Part shown: positions 30,828 through 40,300 of the stretch, in pieces
Layout: each line of letters starts with the position of its first letter
Position numbering within the stretch: the first letter of the stretch is position 1
Assembly: GCA_018971685.1 (NCBI GenBank)
Contig: JAGXAG010000004.1
Location: 2,416-66,415, forward strand
Direction of reading: 5' to 3'
From: Patescibacteria group bacterium
GTDB taxonomy: Bacteria; Patescibacteriota; Minisyncoccia; Phycocordibacterales; PALSA-1337
DNA: 64,000 nt
Made by a program: the position numbers and the translations under genes
The notes under the pieces: model-generated
The model's database searches: none
Seen by the model: the letters and a program-made list of their open reading frames with translations, nothing else
What the model was told of the DNA's origin: nothing

Positions 30828-31943
30828 TTACATCCCCACCTTCACAACATCGTGCTCCGCGTGCTTGCGCGCCTCTATATCGTGAACATATTCCATGAGA
30901 GCCGCGGAGAGAGGAACCGCAATGATCGCGCCTAGCACGCCGGCAAGCTTCGCACCGATAATAAGCGCCAAAATGACAACAACCGGATTGATGCCGACGA
31001 TCTTCTTCACCACCAACGGATAGAACAATTGGCTTTCGAATTGGTAGACGATCAAGTACAAGCCGATGAGAAGCAAGCCTGTGCCCAAGCCCCTGTCCGC
31101 GAAGGCGATCATGATCGCCGGAATCGACGAGATGATCGGCCCGAATACCGGAATGATCTCGAAAACCGCCGCCAGAACCGACAACGCCAAAGCGTACGGT
31201 ATGCCTACCACCATCAAAACCAAATACACCAACACCCCCACCACTAAGCCCAGGAGCAACTGCCCTTGCAGCCACAAGGCTATCTTTCTCTGGGAGCGTT
31301 TCCACAGATTGATGACATATTCATGGCGCTTGACCGGAGTCACGATGCGCAAGAAATCGTCCACGCCGTCTTCCTGCACCGCCAGATAAAAAGACAAAAC
31401 TACGATGAGAAGCAGGCTCAAAAATCCGCCAAAGATGATGCTCGCCGTCTGGAATGCGCTGTCGCTCGTACCCACCAATATGCCTTGCAGGCCGTTCAGG
31501 AATTCCGCCAACGAAATAGTATGCGTCGACAACGAAGCTGTCGAACCGATATTCACGCCGATACTTTGTATCGGGCTCCACAAATCAGAGAGAGATATTG
31601 TTTTCGGAATACTGCCGATGAAACCAGCAGCCTCGTTCACCACTGCCGGCATAAAGAATACCAAAATAGCTGAAAGTGCCGCTGCAGTAACTATGTATAT
31701 AAGCACTACCGACAAAACCCTGTGCACGCCCAGGCGCTTGAGCCGCCGAACCAACGGCTCGATCGCAGACGCTATGACCACCGCAGCCAGCACGACCAAC
31801 AAAACATCCGACAAGTAATACAATGCCAATATTAAAACCGCCACGACAAAAAATCGCACGATGGTTCCGGTACTGATCGACAGCCGATTCTCTCCGAGCA
31901 AATCCGTCATGCCTTTATTGTACCACTTTTTCCGAGAATGCAA
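30828..31943 (-). CDS. AI-2E family (UPF0118/PerM-like) transporter
   Basis: 371 aa, about 8 TM helices with AI-2E-like topology. From memory, the block LILALIIGAKLAGVLGAIIAVPL is typical. Confidence 0.7.
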   Translation of the reverse strand: MHSRKKWYNKGMTDLLGENRLSISTGTIVRFFVVAVLILALYYLSDVLLVVLAAVVIASAIEPLVRRLKRLGVHRVLSVVLIYIVTAAALSAILVFFMPAVVNEAAGFIGSIPKTISLSDLWSPIQSIGVNIGSTASLSTHTISLAEFLNGLQGILVGTSDSAFQTASIIFGGFLSLLLIVVLSFYLAVQEDGVDDFLRIVTPVKRHEYVINLWKRSQRKIALWLQGQLLLGLVVGVLVYLVLMVVGIPYALALSVLAAVFEIIPVFGPIISSIPAIMIAFADRGLGTGLLLIGLYLIVYQFESQLFYPLVVKKIVGINPVVVILALIIGAKLAGVLGAIIAVPLSAALMEYVHDIEARKHAEHDVVKVGM

Positions 31944-31968
31944 CCGCCGCCATTACGCCGCGCGGCCA

Positions 31969-33237
31969 TCACAACGAGAAATGTTTCCGGAAATTCGAGT
32001 CGTCTTTGAAGCGCCCGATCATCGCCATATTAAGGCCTTCATTCACGCAAACTTGCCGCGCCAACGCGCGAATATCATCCGCCGTAACCGCATTGATCTT
32101 ATCGATCAATTCATTCGGATCTTCAATCCGCCCTTTGATCGCTTCCTGAAAGCCGCAGAATTCCGCGCGCGCATCCGAAGTCTCCAGTTCCAGCATCGTC
32201 GTACCCGCAATATAATCTTTCGCCTTCCTCAACTCTTCTCCCGACACCGACTCGTCCTTGAGCCGTTTACATTCCTCCATTATTCCTTTAATACCCTCGT
32301 CGATCCTGGAATTGTCCAAACCCGCCACGGTAGTCAAGACGCCGTGATCGGTAAACGCCTCGTGATCCGCCTTTATATAATAACAAATGCCCAACTGGTC
32401 CCTCATCTTCGAGAACAGTCGCGAGCTCATACCGCGCCCCAGTATCGTAGCCAATAAATTCACAGCCGGGATCCTCGGATCGTTCACGCCAAAAGTGCGC
32501 ATACCGATAATAATATGCGCCTGGTCGGTTTCCTTGAATAAAGTGCGGGATCTTGGTGCTGTCTGAGCTTCGATTACCGGCGCTTTGCCCGGCTTCGGAT
32601 CGTCCGGGATGCCGGCAAAAGCTTGCTCGACCTTGCCGGCGATCGTCTTTTCATCGAAAGCGCCCGCGACGATAACCGTCGTACCCTTGGCCACATAATA
32701 TTTTTGCCGATAATCCGCCAGCTGTTCCCGTGTGAACATGCGCACATTTTCTTCGGTGCCGGCGATGTTCATCCCGGCCGGCTGACCGTCGTAGAGCAGC
32801 GCCAAAAATTCGTCTTGGACTTTCTTCTGCGGCAAATCGTTGTACATGCGGATCTCTTCGATGATCACGCCCTTCTCTTTCTGCACTTCATGCTCGTCAA
32901 AAAGCGGATTGAGATACATGTCGGACACGATGTCCAGAATGGAACCAATGTGTTTCTTATCGGCCTTGGCGTAATAGCCGGTGAATTCTTGCGCGGTGAA
33001 GGCGTTGTAATGCGCGCCGATCGAGTCCAGTTCTCGGGAAATGTCGCTCGCCTTAGGCCTTTTTTCGCTCCCCTTGAAAACCATGTGCTCCAAGAAATGC
33101 GAAATGCCGTTGTTATCGCGATTTTCGTACTTTGATCCGACTTCCGACATGACTAACACCGTAACCGCCGGGTTGTCGCGCATCGGGATGGTCACCAATC
33201 TAAGGCCGCTTTGTAGTGTTGTTTTGATGAAGTTCAT
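31969..33237 (-). CDS. M16-family zinc peptidase (pitrilysin/insulinase-like)
   Basis: Inverted zinc motif HFLEHMVFKGSEKRP…NAFTAQEFTGYY. Confidence 0.85.
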   Translation of the reverse strand: MNFIKTTLQSGLRLVTIPMRDNPAVTVLVMSEVGSKYENRDNNGISHFLEHMVFKGSEKRPKASDISRELDSIGAHYNAFTAQEFTGYYAKADKKHIGSILDIVSDMYLNPLFDEHEVQKEKGVIIEEIRMYNDLPQKKVQDEFLALLYDGQPAGMNIAGTEENVRMFTREQLADYRQKYYVAKGTTVIVAGAFDEKTIAGKVEQAFAGIPDDPKPGKAPVIEAQTAPRSRTLFKETDQAHIIIGMRTFGVNDPRIPAVNLLATILGRGMSSRLFSKMRDQLGICYYIKADHEAFTDHGVLTTVAGLDNSRIDEGIKGIMEECKRLKDESVSGEELRKAKDYIAGTTMLELETSDARAEFCGFQEAIKGRIEDPNELIDKINAVTADDIRALARQVCVNEGLNMAMIGRFKDDSNFRKHFSL

Positions 33238-33253
33238 TTTTAGTTCTTTGGCT

Positions 33254-34609
33254 TCAGCCCATAATTTTCTGGCAACGCCGTGATATGTCTTTTTCCATCA
33301 CCCTCTCCTGTTTCCCGGTATCCCGATCCCTCACCGTCACGCCAGCGCCTTTTTCGACAGTTTCAAAATCAACAGTGACGCAAAACGGCGTGCCGATTTC
33401 GTCTTGTCTGCGATACCTCTTGCCGATATTGCCGTTGTCGTCAAATTCCACCGCGGCAAACTCTTTCTTCAACATGCCGAACACTTCCCTCGCCTTTTCA
33501 ACCAGCTGTGGCTTGTTGCGCAATAATGGAAATACCGCGATTTTCACAGGCGCAAGTTTGGGCGGAAGTTTCAAGAAGACGCGCTTGTCTTTTGCAGTAT
33601 CCGCATCCGTCGCCGCGGCGCCCATCTCATCTTCGGAATAGGAATTGCATAAAACCGCTTCGACCAGCCGATCAACGCCCAAAGACGGCTCGATCACATG
33701 CGGAATAAAACGGCTCTTTGATCCTTCGTCAAGATATGAAAGGTCGACTCTGCTCTGTTCCGTGTGATTCTTCAGGTCGAAATCTGTGCGATAAGCGATG
33801 CCGAATAGTTCTTTGCGGCCGAACGGATAGTCATATTCCACATCGATCGTCCGCTTCGAATAGTGCGCGCGCTCGCCGTCCGGGACTTCAAATTCATGGA
33901 CTTTGTCATTACCGATGCCCAGATCGGCCAGATACGCGAGCGATTCGTTCTTCAATTCATCGAAAGACTTTTGCCATTCGTCCGGCCGAACAAAATACTC
34001 TATCTCCATTTGCTCGAATTCGCGCGAACGGAATAAAAAGTCGCGCGGCGCTATTTCATTCCGGAATGCCTTGCCGATTTGGGCCATGCCGAAAGACAGT
34101 TTCGGGTGGAAAGAGTCAACCACATTTTTGAAATTCACGAACATGCCCTGCGCCGTCTCCGGGCGCAAATACGAAACCGACGACTCGTCTTCGACCGCGC
34201 CGACATGCGTTTTGAACATCATGTTGAACTTCTTCGCCTCGCCCAAGGTACCGCCGCATTCCGGGCATACTGTTTTTCCAAGGTCCGACTTTGGGATTTG
34301 GTCGGCGCGAAAGCGGCTCTTGCACTTTTTGCATTCGACCAGCGGATCCGAGAATCCCGAGACATGCCCGCTTGCCTGCCACGCCTCCTGACGCATCACG
34401 ATCGCCGCGTCGATGCCGTACATATCTTCCCTGTCCTCTACAAACCTCTTCCACCAAAGCTTCTTAATATTATTCTTCAGCGCCAAACCGTAATGCGCAT
34501 AATCCCAAAACCCGGCCAATCCGCCGTAAATTTCCGACCCTTGATAAATAAAACCGCGCCGTTTGCACAGCGAAACTATTTTATCCGTCAATTCGTTTTT
34601 GTTTGCCAT
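33254..34609 (-). CDS. glyQS: glycine--tRNA ligase (alpha2 homodimeric type)
   Basis: MANKNELTDKIVSLCKRRGFIYQGSEIYGGLAGFWDY…FRNEIAPRDFLFRSREFEQMEIEYF…, class II motifs. Confidence 0.9.
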   Translation of the reverse strand: MANKNELTDKIVSLCKRRGFIYQGSEIYGGLAGFWDYAHYGLALKNNIKKLWWKRFVEDREDMYGIDAAIVMRQEAWQASGHVSGFSDPLVECKKCKSRFRADQIPKSDLGKTVCPECGGTLGEAKKFNMMFKTHVGAVEDESSVSYLRPETAQGMFVNFKNVVDSFHPKLSFGMAQIGKAFRNEIAPRDFLFRSREFEQMEIEYFVRPDEWQKSFDELKNESLAYLADLGIGNDKVHEFEVPDGERAHYSKRTIDVEYDYPFGRKELFGIAYRTDFDLKNHTEQSRVDLSYLDEGSKSRFIPHVIEPSLGVDRLVEAVLCNSYSEDEMGAAATDADTAKDKRVFLKLPPKLAPVKIAVFPLLRNKPQLVEKAREVFGMLKKEFAAVEFDDNGNIGKRYRRQDEIGTPFCVTVDFETVEKGAGVTVRDRDTGKQERVMEKDISRRCQKIMG

Positions 34610-34615
34610 GTAAAA

Positions 34616-34731
34616 TTTACAGTTTACAATGATAAGTTATCAGTTTAAGTGAAAAAAATAAAATTTCAAGTCCTTTGTCGTCATTCATATTAGTCATATC
34701 TCGCTAATAACTTATCATTGTAAACTGTAAA
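34616..34731. repeat. REP-like palindromic element, copy i (24-nt perfect arms ttacagtttacaatgataagttat / its reverse complement, about 66-nt spacer)
   Basis: Lies between the stop of 34732..36675 and the start of glyQS. The core is GATAAGTTATC. The spacer contains tttgtcgtcat, which resembles the module -35. Confidence 0.55.
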
Positions 34732-36675
34732 CTACCTCACCACCGTCTCCATGCCGTTTTTGTAACTCGGGTCTGTACTGAACCTTGTCGTCAAATAACT
34801 CTGCGTGGCTGTCAATTTTTGGCCGGTAAAGTCGTCCATGGCTGTCATGGCCGCATCGTTCACGATCGTCGGAATACTGTTCACTTGGTTAACATTCGGC
34901 TGTACCGACACTTGGAAATCGAGCTCTTTGCGCGTGCCGTTACCAACCGTGTAAGTTCCGACAGTACCGGCATTCCAAACAACCGAGTTCGTAGAAGACG
35001 AGAAGCTCACATCTTCCGTCTGCGGACTGAAATTCCCGGTCCATGTCACATATGGCGGCAGAGTCGCAGTCACTTGAGCATTGTCTATGATATTTGTCGT
35101 ATTGTCGATTGTCCAGATGACAGTATAGGTTGTTTGTTGGTCGGCTTTTGGCGGTATTGGACCGGTATTAACGAACGGACCTATTGTCCGCGCCACTCTG
35201 CCTGACAAAGTCGGCACGGTTGAGATGCGCACCGTTCTGGCCGCGATCGAATTTAGGGACTCGGGAACTCCCGTCTCCTGCGTGCGTTTTCCCGTGACAG
35301 CCGCCGAAAATGACAGTGTCGGATTTACCACCGGCTGGCCCGACAAACTGAGGTCGCGTGGCGTGATGGAGAACGACACTGTGCCGCTTTCTCCCGCACC
35401 TACCGAAGCCAGCTGTGGTACTGTTTGCTGATTCCAAATGATTTGGTCGGTAGCGGAATTATAATATCCTTGTCCGGGCTGGACCAGCGTACGGTCATAA
35501 GCCGTACCCGAAAGCTTGAGTGTGATTTGCGCATCTGACACCGCGTCCGGCAGATTGTTGAACCATGAGACATCCACGCGCACCGGCTGGTTGAAACTGC
35601 CTGTAGCCGGCGCCGCGGACTGATCGCCGTCTATCGATATACCCACCGTCATGAACGGCTTCTGGATGGCAATATCCTGCTCCGCCGATACGAACTCTGT
35701 GCCGATCACGCTATGATCCGTATTGCTCCGTGCGCCGACATTGAACCTGAAGACGCGCGTATCCGTGTTTTCTCCCTCCAATTTGCCATGAATGGTGAAA
35801 ATTTTCTCCGCGCCCGGCGGCAAATCACCTAGACTCCAAGTGGCGTTGTCCGGCAACGGTTTCAAGTCCGAAGAGACAAAAGTGTACCCGAAGGGATACG
35901 ATGCCGCAACCAGCACATTCTTCAAGATGTCGCTAGTATTGGACTTGACATCGACTTTCATGTCGAATTCTTGACCTGAAGTTATTTCCTTGAATGAAGT
36001 AACTGTCAGGTTTACCGGCGAAGAATTGATGAGTACGGCATAAGTTTGTTCCTTGGTAAATGAAGACGATGAACCCTTTATCTGGTAAGTCAAATCGGCG
36101 GTTATTTGCTTTTGCAAGTTTTCTTCGCCGAAAATGATCGCTTGTACGGTCCGGTGTACGCTCGCACCCGACGGTATGTCGCCCAAAAGCTCGCGATAAG
36201 TGGTCAGAGCGGTTCCGGGATTTTGCGGATCGGTCGCGCCGGCCGGAAAATTCACTGCCAGGTCAACAAGCTGGAGATCAACGCTGTTCTTATTGGTTAC
36301 GGTTATATCGAAAGATACGGGGGTGCCGCCGGGTATAGATACGGGGCCGCTTATGGTTATGTCTATATTGTCGGCAGATATTAGATTGGAACCGTTAAAA
36401 AAGAGGTAAGCGCCGATGCTCACGGCAATCACGCAAAATATGGCGGATCCTATCAACAACTTGGTAAAAAATGACATGGAATGGTCTTCATATTCTCTGT
36501 TCAAAACGGGCTTTATCGGTTCTTCCGGCGGTCTGTCCCAACCGGTTTTTATGCCGCTTACATTGTCGCCGAACCTGAACTTTCTCCTGGTACGCACATC
36601 GGGCGAGCCCCTCGAGTATAGGGAATTTTGCAATTCATTTATTTGATTCCCGCCTTCTCCTTGCACGGAATCCAT
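34732..36675 (-). CDS. hypothetical large membrane-anchored extracytoplasmic protein
   Basis: 647 aa. One N-terminal TM helix (LIGSAIFCVIAVSIGAYLFF). Repeated beta-rich, Ig-like segments. Unassigned. Confidence 0.45.
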   Translation of the reverse strand: MDSVQGEGGNQINELQNSLYSRGSPDVRTRRKFRFGDNVSGIKTGWDRPPEEPIKPVLNREYEDHSMSFFTKLLIGSAIFCVIAVSIGAYLFFNGSNLISADNIDITISGPVSIPGGTPVSFDITVTNKNSVDLQLVDLAVNFPAGATDPQNPGTALTTYRELLGDIPSGASVHRTVQAIIFGEENLQKQITADLTYQIKGSSSSFTKEQTYAVLINSSPVNLTVTSFKEITSGQEFDMKVDVKSNTSDILKNVLVAASYPFGYTFVSSDLKPLPDNATWSLGDLPPGAEKIFTIHGKLEGENTDTRVFRFNVGARSNTDHSVIGTEFVSAEQDIAIQKPFMTVGISIDGDQSAAPATGSFNQPVRVDVSWFNNLPDAVSDAQITLKLSGTAYDRTLVQPGQGYYNSATDQIIWNQQTVPQLASVGAGESGTVSFSITPRDLSLSGQPVVNPTLSFSAAVTGKRTQETGVPESLNSIAARTVRISTVPTLSGRVARTIGPFVNTGPIPPKADQQTTYTVIWTIDNTTNIIDNAQVTATLPPYVTWTGNFSPQTEDVSFSSSTNSVVWNAGTVGTYTVGNGTRKELDFQVSVQPNVNQVNSIPTIVNDAAMTAMDDFTGQKLTATQSYLTTRFSTDPSYKNGMETVVR

Positions 36676-36705
36676 TGTAGCAAAAAACCGCGAGATTTAC
36701 ACATG

Positions 36706-36746
36706 CACCGGTCCGACCCATGACACCGGTCGGACCGGTGTAATGG
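36706..36746 (-). terminator. hairpin caccggtccgacc-catgaca-ggtcggaccggtg, 3' of recO
   Basis: 13-bp perfect stem, read from the sequence. Confidence 0.45.
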
Positions 36747-36748
36747 CA

Positions 36749-37396
36749 TTACAGGTGTGATTCCTTTATGGCCTTATTTATGTGTTTGTTCAAAAGCACC
36801 CGCTTTGGAACCAACACATCCAATAATTCAGTGTTGATTTCGCATGATTTCAAACGATCGCCGAACTCAGCCGAGTCGCCTATATAACCAAGCAGGCGCA
36901 AAATCCTGGCGACGGTCAATGACTCCAGTGTCGACAGTCTCTCCGCGTTCAACTCCGGTTGTTCGCAATTTTCCAAGAATTTATTGCACTCCAAGACGCA
37001 GTCGAACAATTCCGGATGCGCCTCTTCGCCGTGAAGAAACTGCTTCAATAATGCAGCAATCTTCGCGACGAGTTCGAGGGAGTCGCCCGAGACGGAACAA
37101 GCCGGTTTTTGCGCAATCGGCGAATGCTGCTCGCAAAAACCGGCTTGTTCCGTTTCGGGCGCCACTATTTCACATGCATCCGTCAATCGCCAAAATTCCC
37201 TGCCGCGCACGAACGAAAATTCACCGAAAGAATAATTCTGGACAAATGGCCGCAATTTCGACTTTTCCAACCGTATTCCCTGCGCCGATGCCATGACCAG
37301 TCCCAGATCCTTCGTGAAGATGAATAAAATCTTGCCGGCGTCGCCGTAGGTTTTCGACGCGATTACCAATCCACAAGTGGTGCGTATTTCATGCAT
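36749..37396 (-). CDS. recO: DNA repair protein RecO
   Basis: N-terminal OB-fold-like GLVIASKTYGDAGKILFIFTKDLGLVMASAQGIRLEKSKLRPFVQNYSFGEF. Start overlaps the ileS stop. Confidence 0.65.
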   Translation of the reverse strand: MHEIRTTCGLVIASKTYGDAGKILFIFTKDLGLVMASAQGIRLEKSKLRPFVQNYSFGEFSFVRGREFWRLTDACEIVAPETEQAGFCEQHSPIAQKPACSVSGDSLELVAKIAALLKQFLHGEEAHPELFDCVLECNKFLENCEQPELNAERLSTLESLTVARILRLLGYIGDSAEFGDRLKSCEINTELLDVLVPKRVLLNKHINKAIKESHL

Positions 37397-40300
37397 TATT
37401 CTTTCAGGCCGAATGATTCTCCGACCTCAATCGCTCTAAGTCCCGTTGCCTTCTTCAGTTCATTGCCATATTTTTTCACCAAGCCTTCCAGATCTTTCGT
37501 AACTTCAAGTACGGCAATATCGCCCACCGTCAATCCTTTTTCCTTGCGCAAGTCCTGAATTTTTCTTATAAGTTCGCGAAGGTCGCCCTCCTCTTTCAAT
37601 TCCGGCGTGATATTCGTGTCCAACTCCACTTCACCGGCGATCGAATCGTCGAATACGACTTCTTTTACATTTACTTCATCCCTTATAAGTCTCAATAATT
37701 CCTCATTCAAGGCCTCGGATTTTTTATTCGATTTGCCATTTGAATTTTTTACTTTAAGCTTTGCCAACGGCTGGCGAACATTTATTTTGGCCGCCATTCT
37801 CGCCTCCAACCCTTTCGACGCGATTCTTCTCACTTCTTCCATATCATCCAATAATTTATGCTCACCTGTGTCGGGTTTGCCCCGCGAAGCTTCGGCGTAG
37901 TGGGGCCACTCTTCCAAGTGTACGCTTTCCAGCTGACCACCCGCTTCTTGGTACAAATAATCAGCGAAGAACGGCGTAAACGGCGCCATTATTTTCGCCA
38001 GCGTGATGAGAATATACTTCGTCGTATTCAAGGCCTCTTCCCTGCTTTTACCGTCTTCTTTGAACCGATCCCTGGATCTCCTCAGATACCACTGCGAGAG
38101 ATCGCCTACGAAATCGCGGATAGCGCGCGTCGGCTCGAAGAATAAATAGTCGTCGAGATTTTTCGTGACATTCTCGATCAGCCAATTCATTCTGGAAACA
38201 ATCCACGCGTCAAGAACATTTTTCGAAGCGGTTTTGGTTATTGTTTCTTGGTTATTGGTTATTCCCCCTGTATACAGCTTATAAAACGCCAGTACATTCC
38301 CTGCCAAGTTGAAAACTTTCTTGACCGTTTCGTCCACCGTCTTCTCGTCGAAATTTTTTGAATCCCCCGCCTGATTGATCGAATACATCCAGAAGCGCAA
38401 GGCATCCACGCCGTATTTTTCCATCATTTCCCACGGATTGACCACATTGCCTATATGCTTAGACATTTTCTTACCCTTGGCGTCCAATAAATGTCCGAGG
38501 CACACGACATTCCGGTAAGCCTTGCCTTTGCCCATCAAAGTTCCCACGGCATGCAATGTGTAGAACCAGCCGCGCGTCTGATCGATGGCTTCGGAAATGA
38601 AATCCGCCGGATAACTCTTTGATTGGTTTTCGCCAGGCGCACCATCTATGTATTCTTTGTTCTCGAACGGATAGTGGTCCTGCGCAAACGGCATCGCACC
38701 GGAATCGAACCATACATCCATGACTTCTTTCACTCGCGACATTTCACCGCCGCATTCGCACTTGAGCTTAACTTCGTCGATGAACGGGCGGTGCAGATCT
38801 AGCTCGTATTCGGCATTGTGAGGCAATATTGAGAAATCGATTTTGCGCACCTCGGCTTTATCCAAGTATTCGTTCATTTCGTACTCGATTGATCCCGCCC
38901 TATCCAACCCTTTAGCAACCGCCAGAAGCATGACGGCAGGCGTACCATGGGTGATGATTAAAATTTTTTTACCTTGGTATTTCGATTCTATTTCATATAA
39001 AAAGTCGCCAACTCGGTTTTTTATCGAACCGTACAGTTCGCCCCTGAGCGGCATTATCTCGAACCTCTGTTGGAAAGGGTATGAATCGGCAAAACCGGCG
39101 CCATTTTTTCTGTCCCAATCACCGAAACCTAGTTCGTGCAGACGCTCGTCCGTTATCACCCGACTTTTATCGAGGCCGAGCTTCCCCCTCAATATCTCAG
39201 CCGTCTCCTGAGTTCGAGTCAGAGGTGAAGTGAATATGATATCCGGCAACGCTTCCTTGAATATATCTGCGGCTTTTTCTACTTGTTGCCTACCGGCTTC
39301 AGTGAGATGATATCGTTCTTTCGGATCGTCATCCAAAATGCCCGCCACATTATTTTCCGCCTCGCCGTGACGCATGACAAAATAGGTATTGCGCGGCTTT
39401 TGCTTGATCTCTTCGACCGAACCGACAACTCGCCTCTTGCCGCATTTATCGCATGACCATACCGGCAGCGGCGTGCCCCAGTAACGCTCGCGGGAAATCG
39501 CCCAATCTTTTACTTCGCGCAACCATTCGCCGAAACGGCCTTCCTTGATGTGTTCCGGTTCCCAATGGATACCTTCGTTCTCTTTGACCAGCACATCGCG
39601 CAATTTCGACATGGCGATATACCAAGAATCGCGCGCGTAATAAATAAGCGGCGTATGGCAGCGCCAGCAAAAAGGATAATTGTGCTCGTATTTTTCCTTG
39701 GCGAACAAAAGCTTGCGACTCGCCAAGTCTTTTATTATCGCCACATCGGTCTTCTCATCTTTGACAAAAGCACCTGCCAAGAACCCAGCCTCTTTCTTGA
39801 ATGTTCCGTCTTCATTCACCAGATGATACTTCGGCAAACCGACTTTGCCGCCAAGCACAAAATCATCCTGACCGTACATGACCGCCGTATGTACGATGCC
39901 CGTACCGTCATCCGTAGTGACGAAGTCAGCACCACAGACCTTGAATGCATTGCCGAGTTTTTTCTTCTCTTCACCGGAAATATTGTCGGACAGGAACGGA
40001 TATAGAGGTTCGTATTGAAGATTGACGATGTTGTATCCTTTTAATTGGGAATTCACTTCAACAAAAGCGTGATGCCCTTGAGGTATAGGCATAAATGTAA
40101 GCCTGTCTTTTGCAATAAAATAAACCTCCGGCAATATTTTATCTGAGACATCTTCAATCAATCTTACTCGTACATAATCAATTTTTGCACCGACTGCCAG
40201 AGCAACATTCCCTGGCAAAGTCCATGGCGTCGTTGTCCAGGCTAATATAAATGTATTGTCATCACTCATGAAATCACCGATTTTCTGCCCGACTTTGACT

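Noticed and set aside
30634-31305. 223-aa ORF overlapping the AI-2E transporter gene and the metG 5' end on the same strand
   Set aside because: Gly/Arg-rich low-complexity translation of an alternative frame of a GC-rich membrane-protein gene. No motif. It overlaps two well-supported genes.
38843-39211. 122-aa ORF on the plus strand within the ileS insertion region
   Set aside because: Antisense to the continuous IleRS frame. The phosphatase-like domain is encoded in-frame on the minus strand, and the plus-strand ORF has no features.
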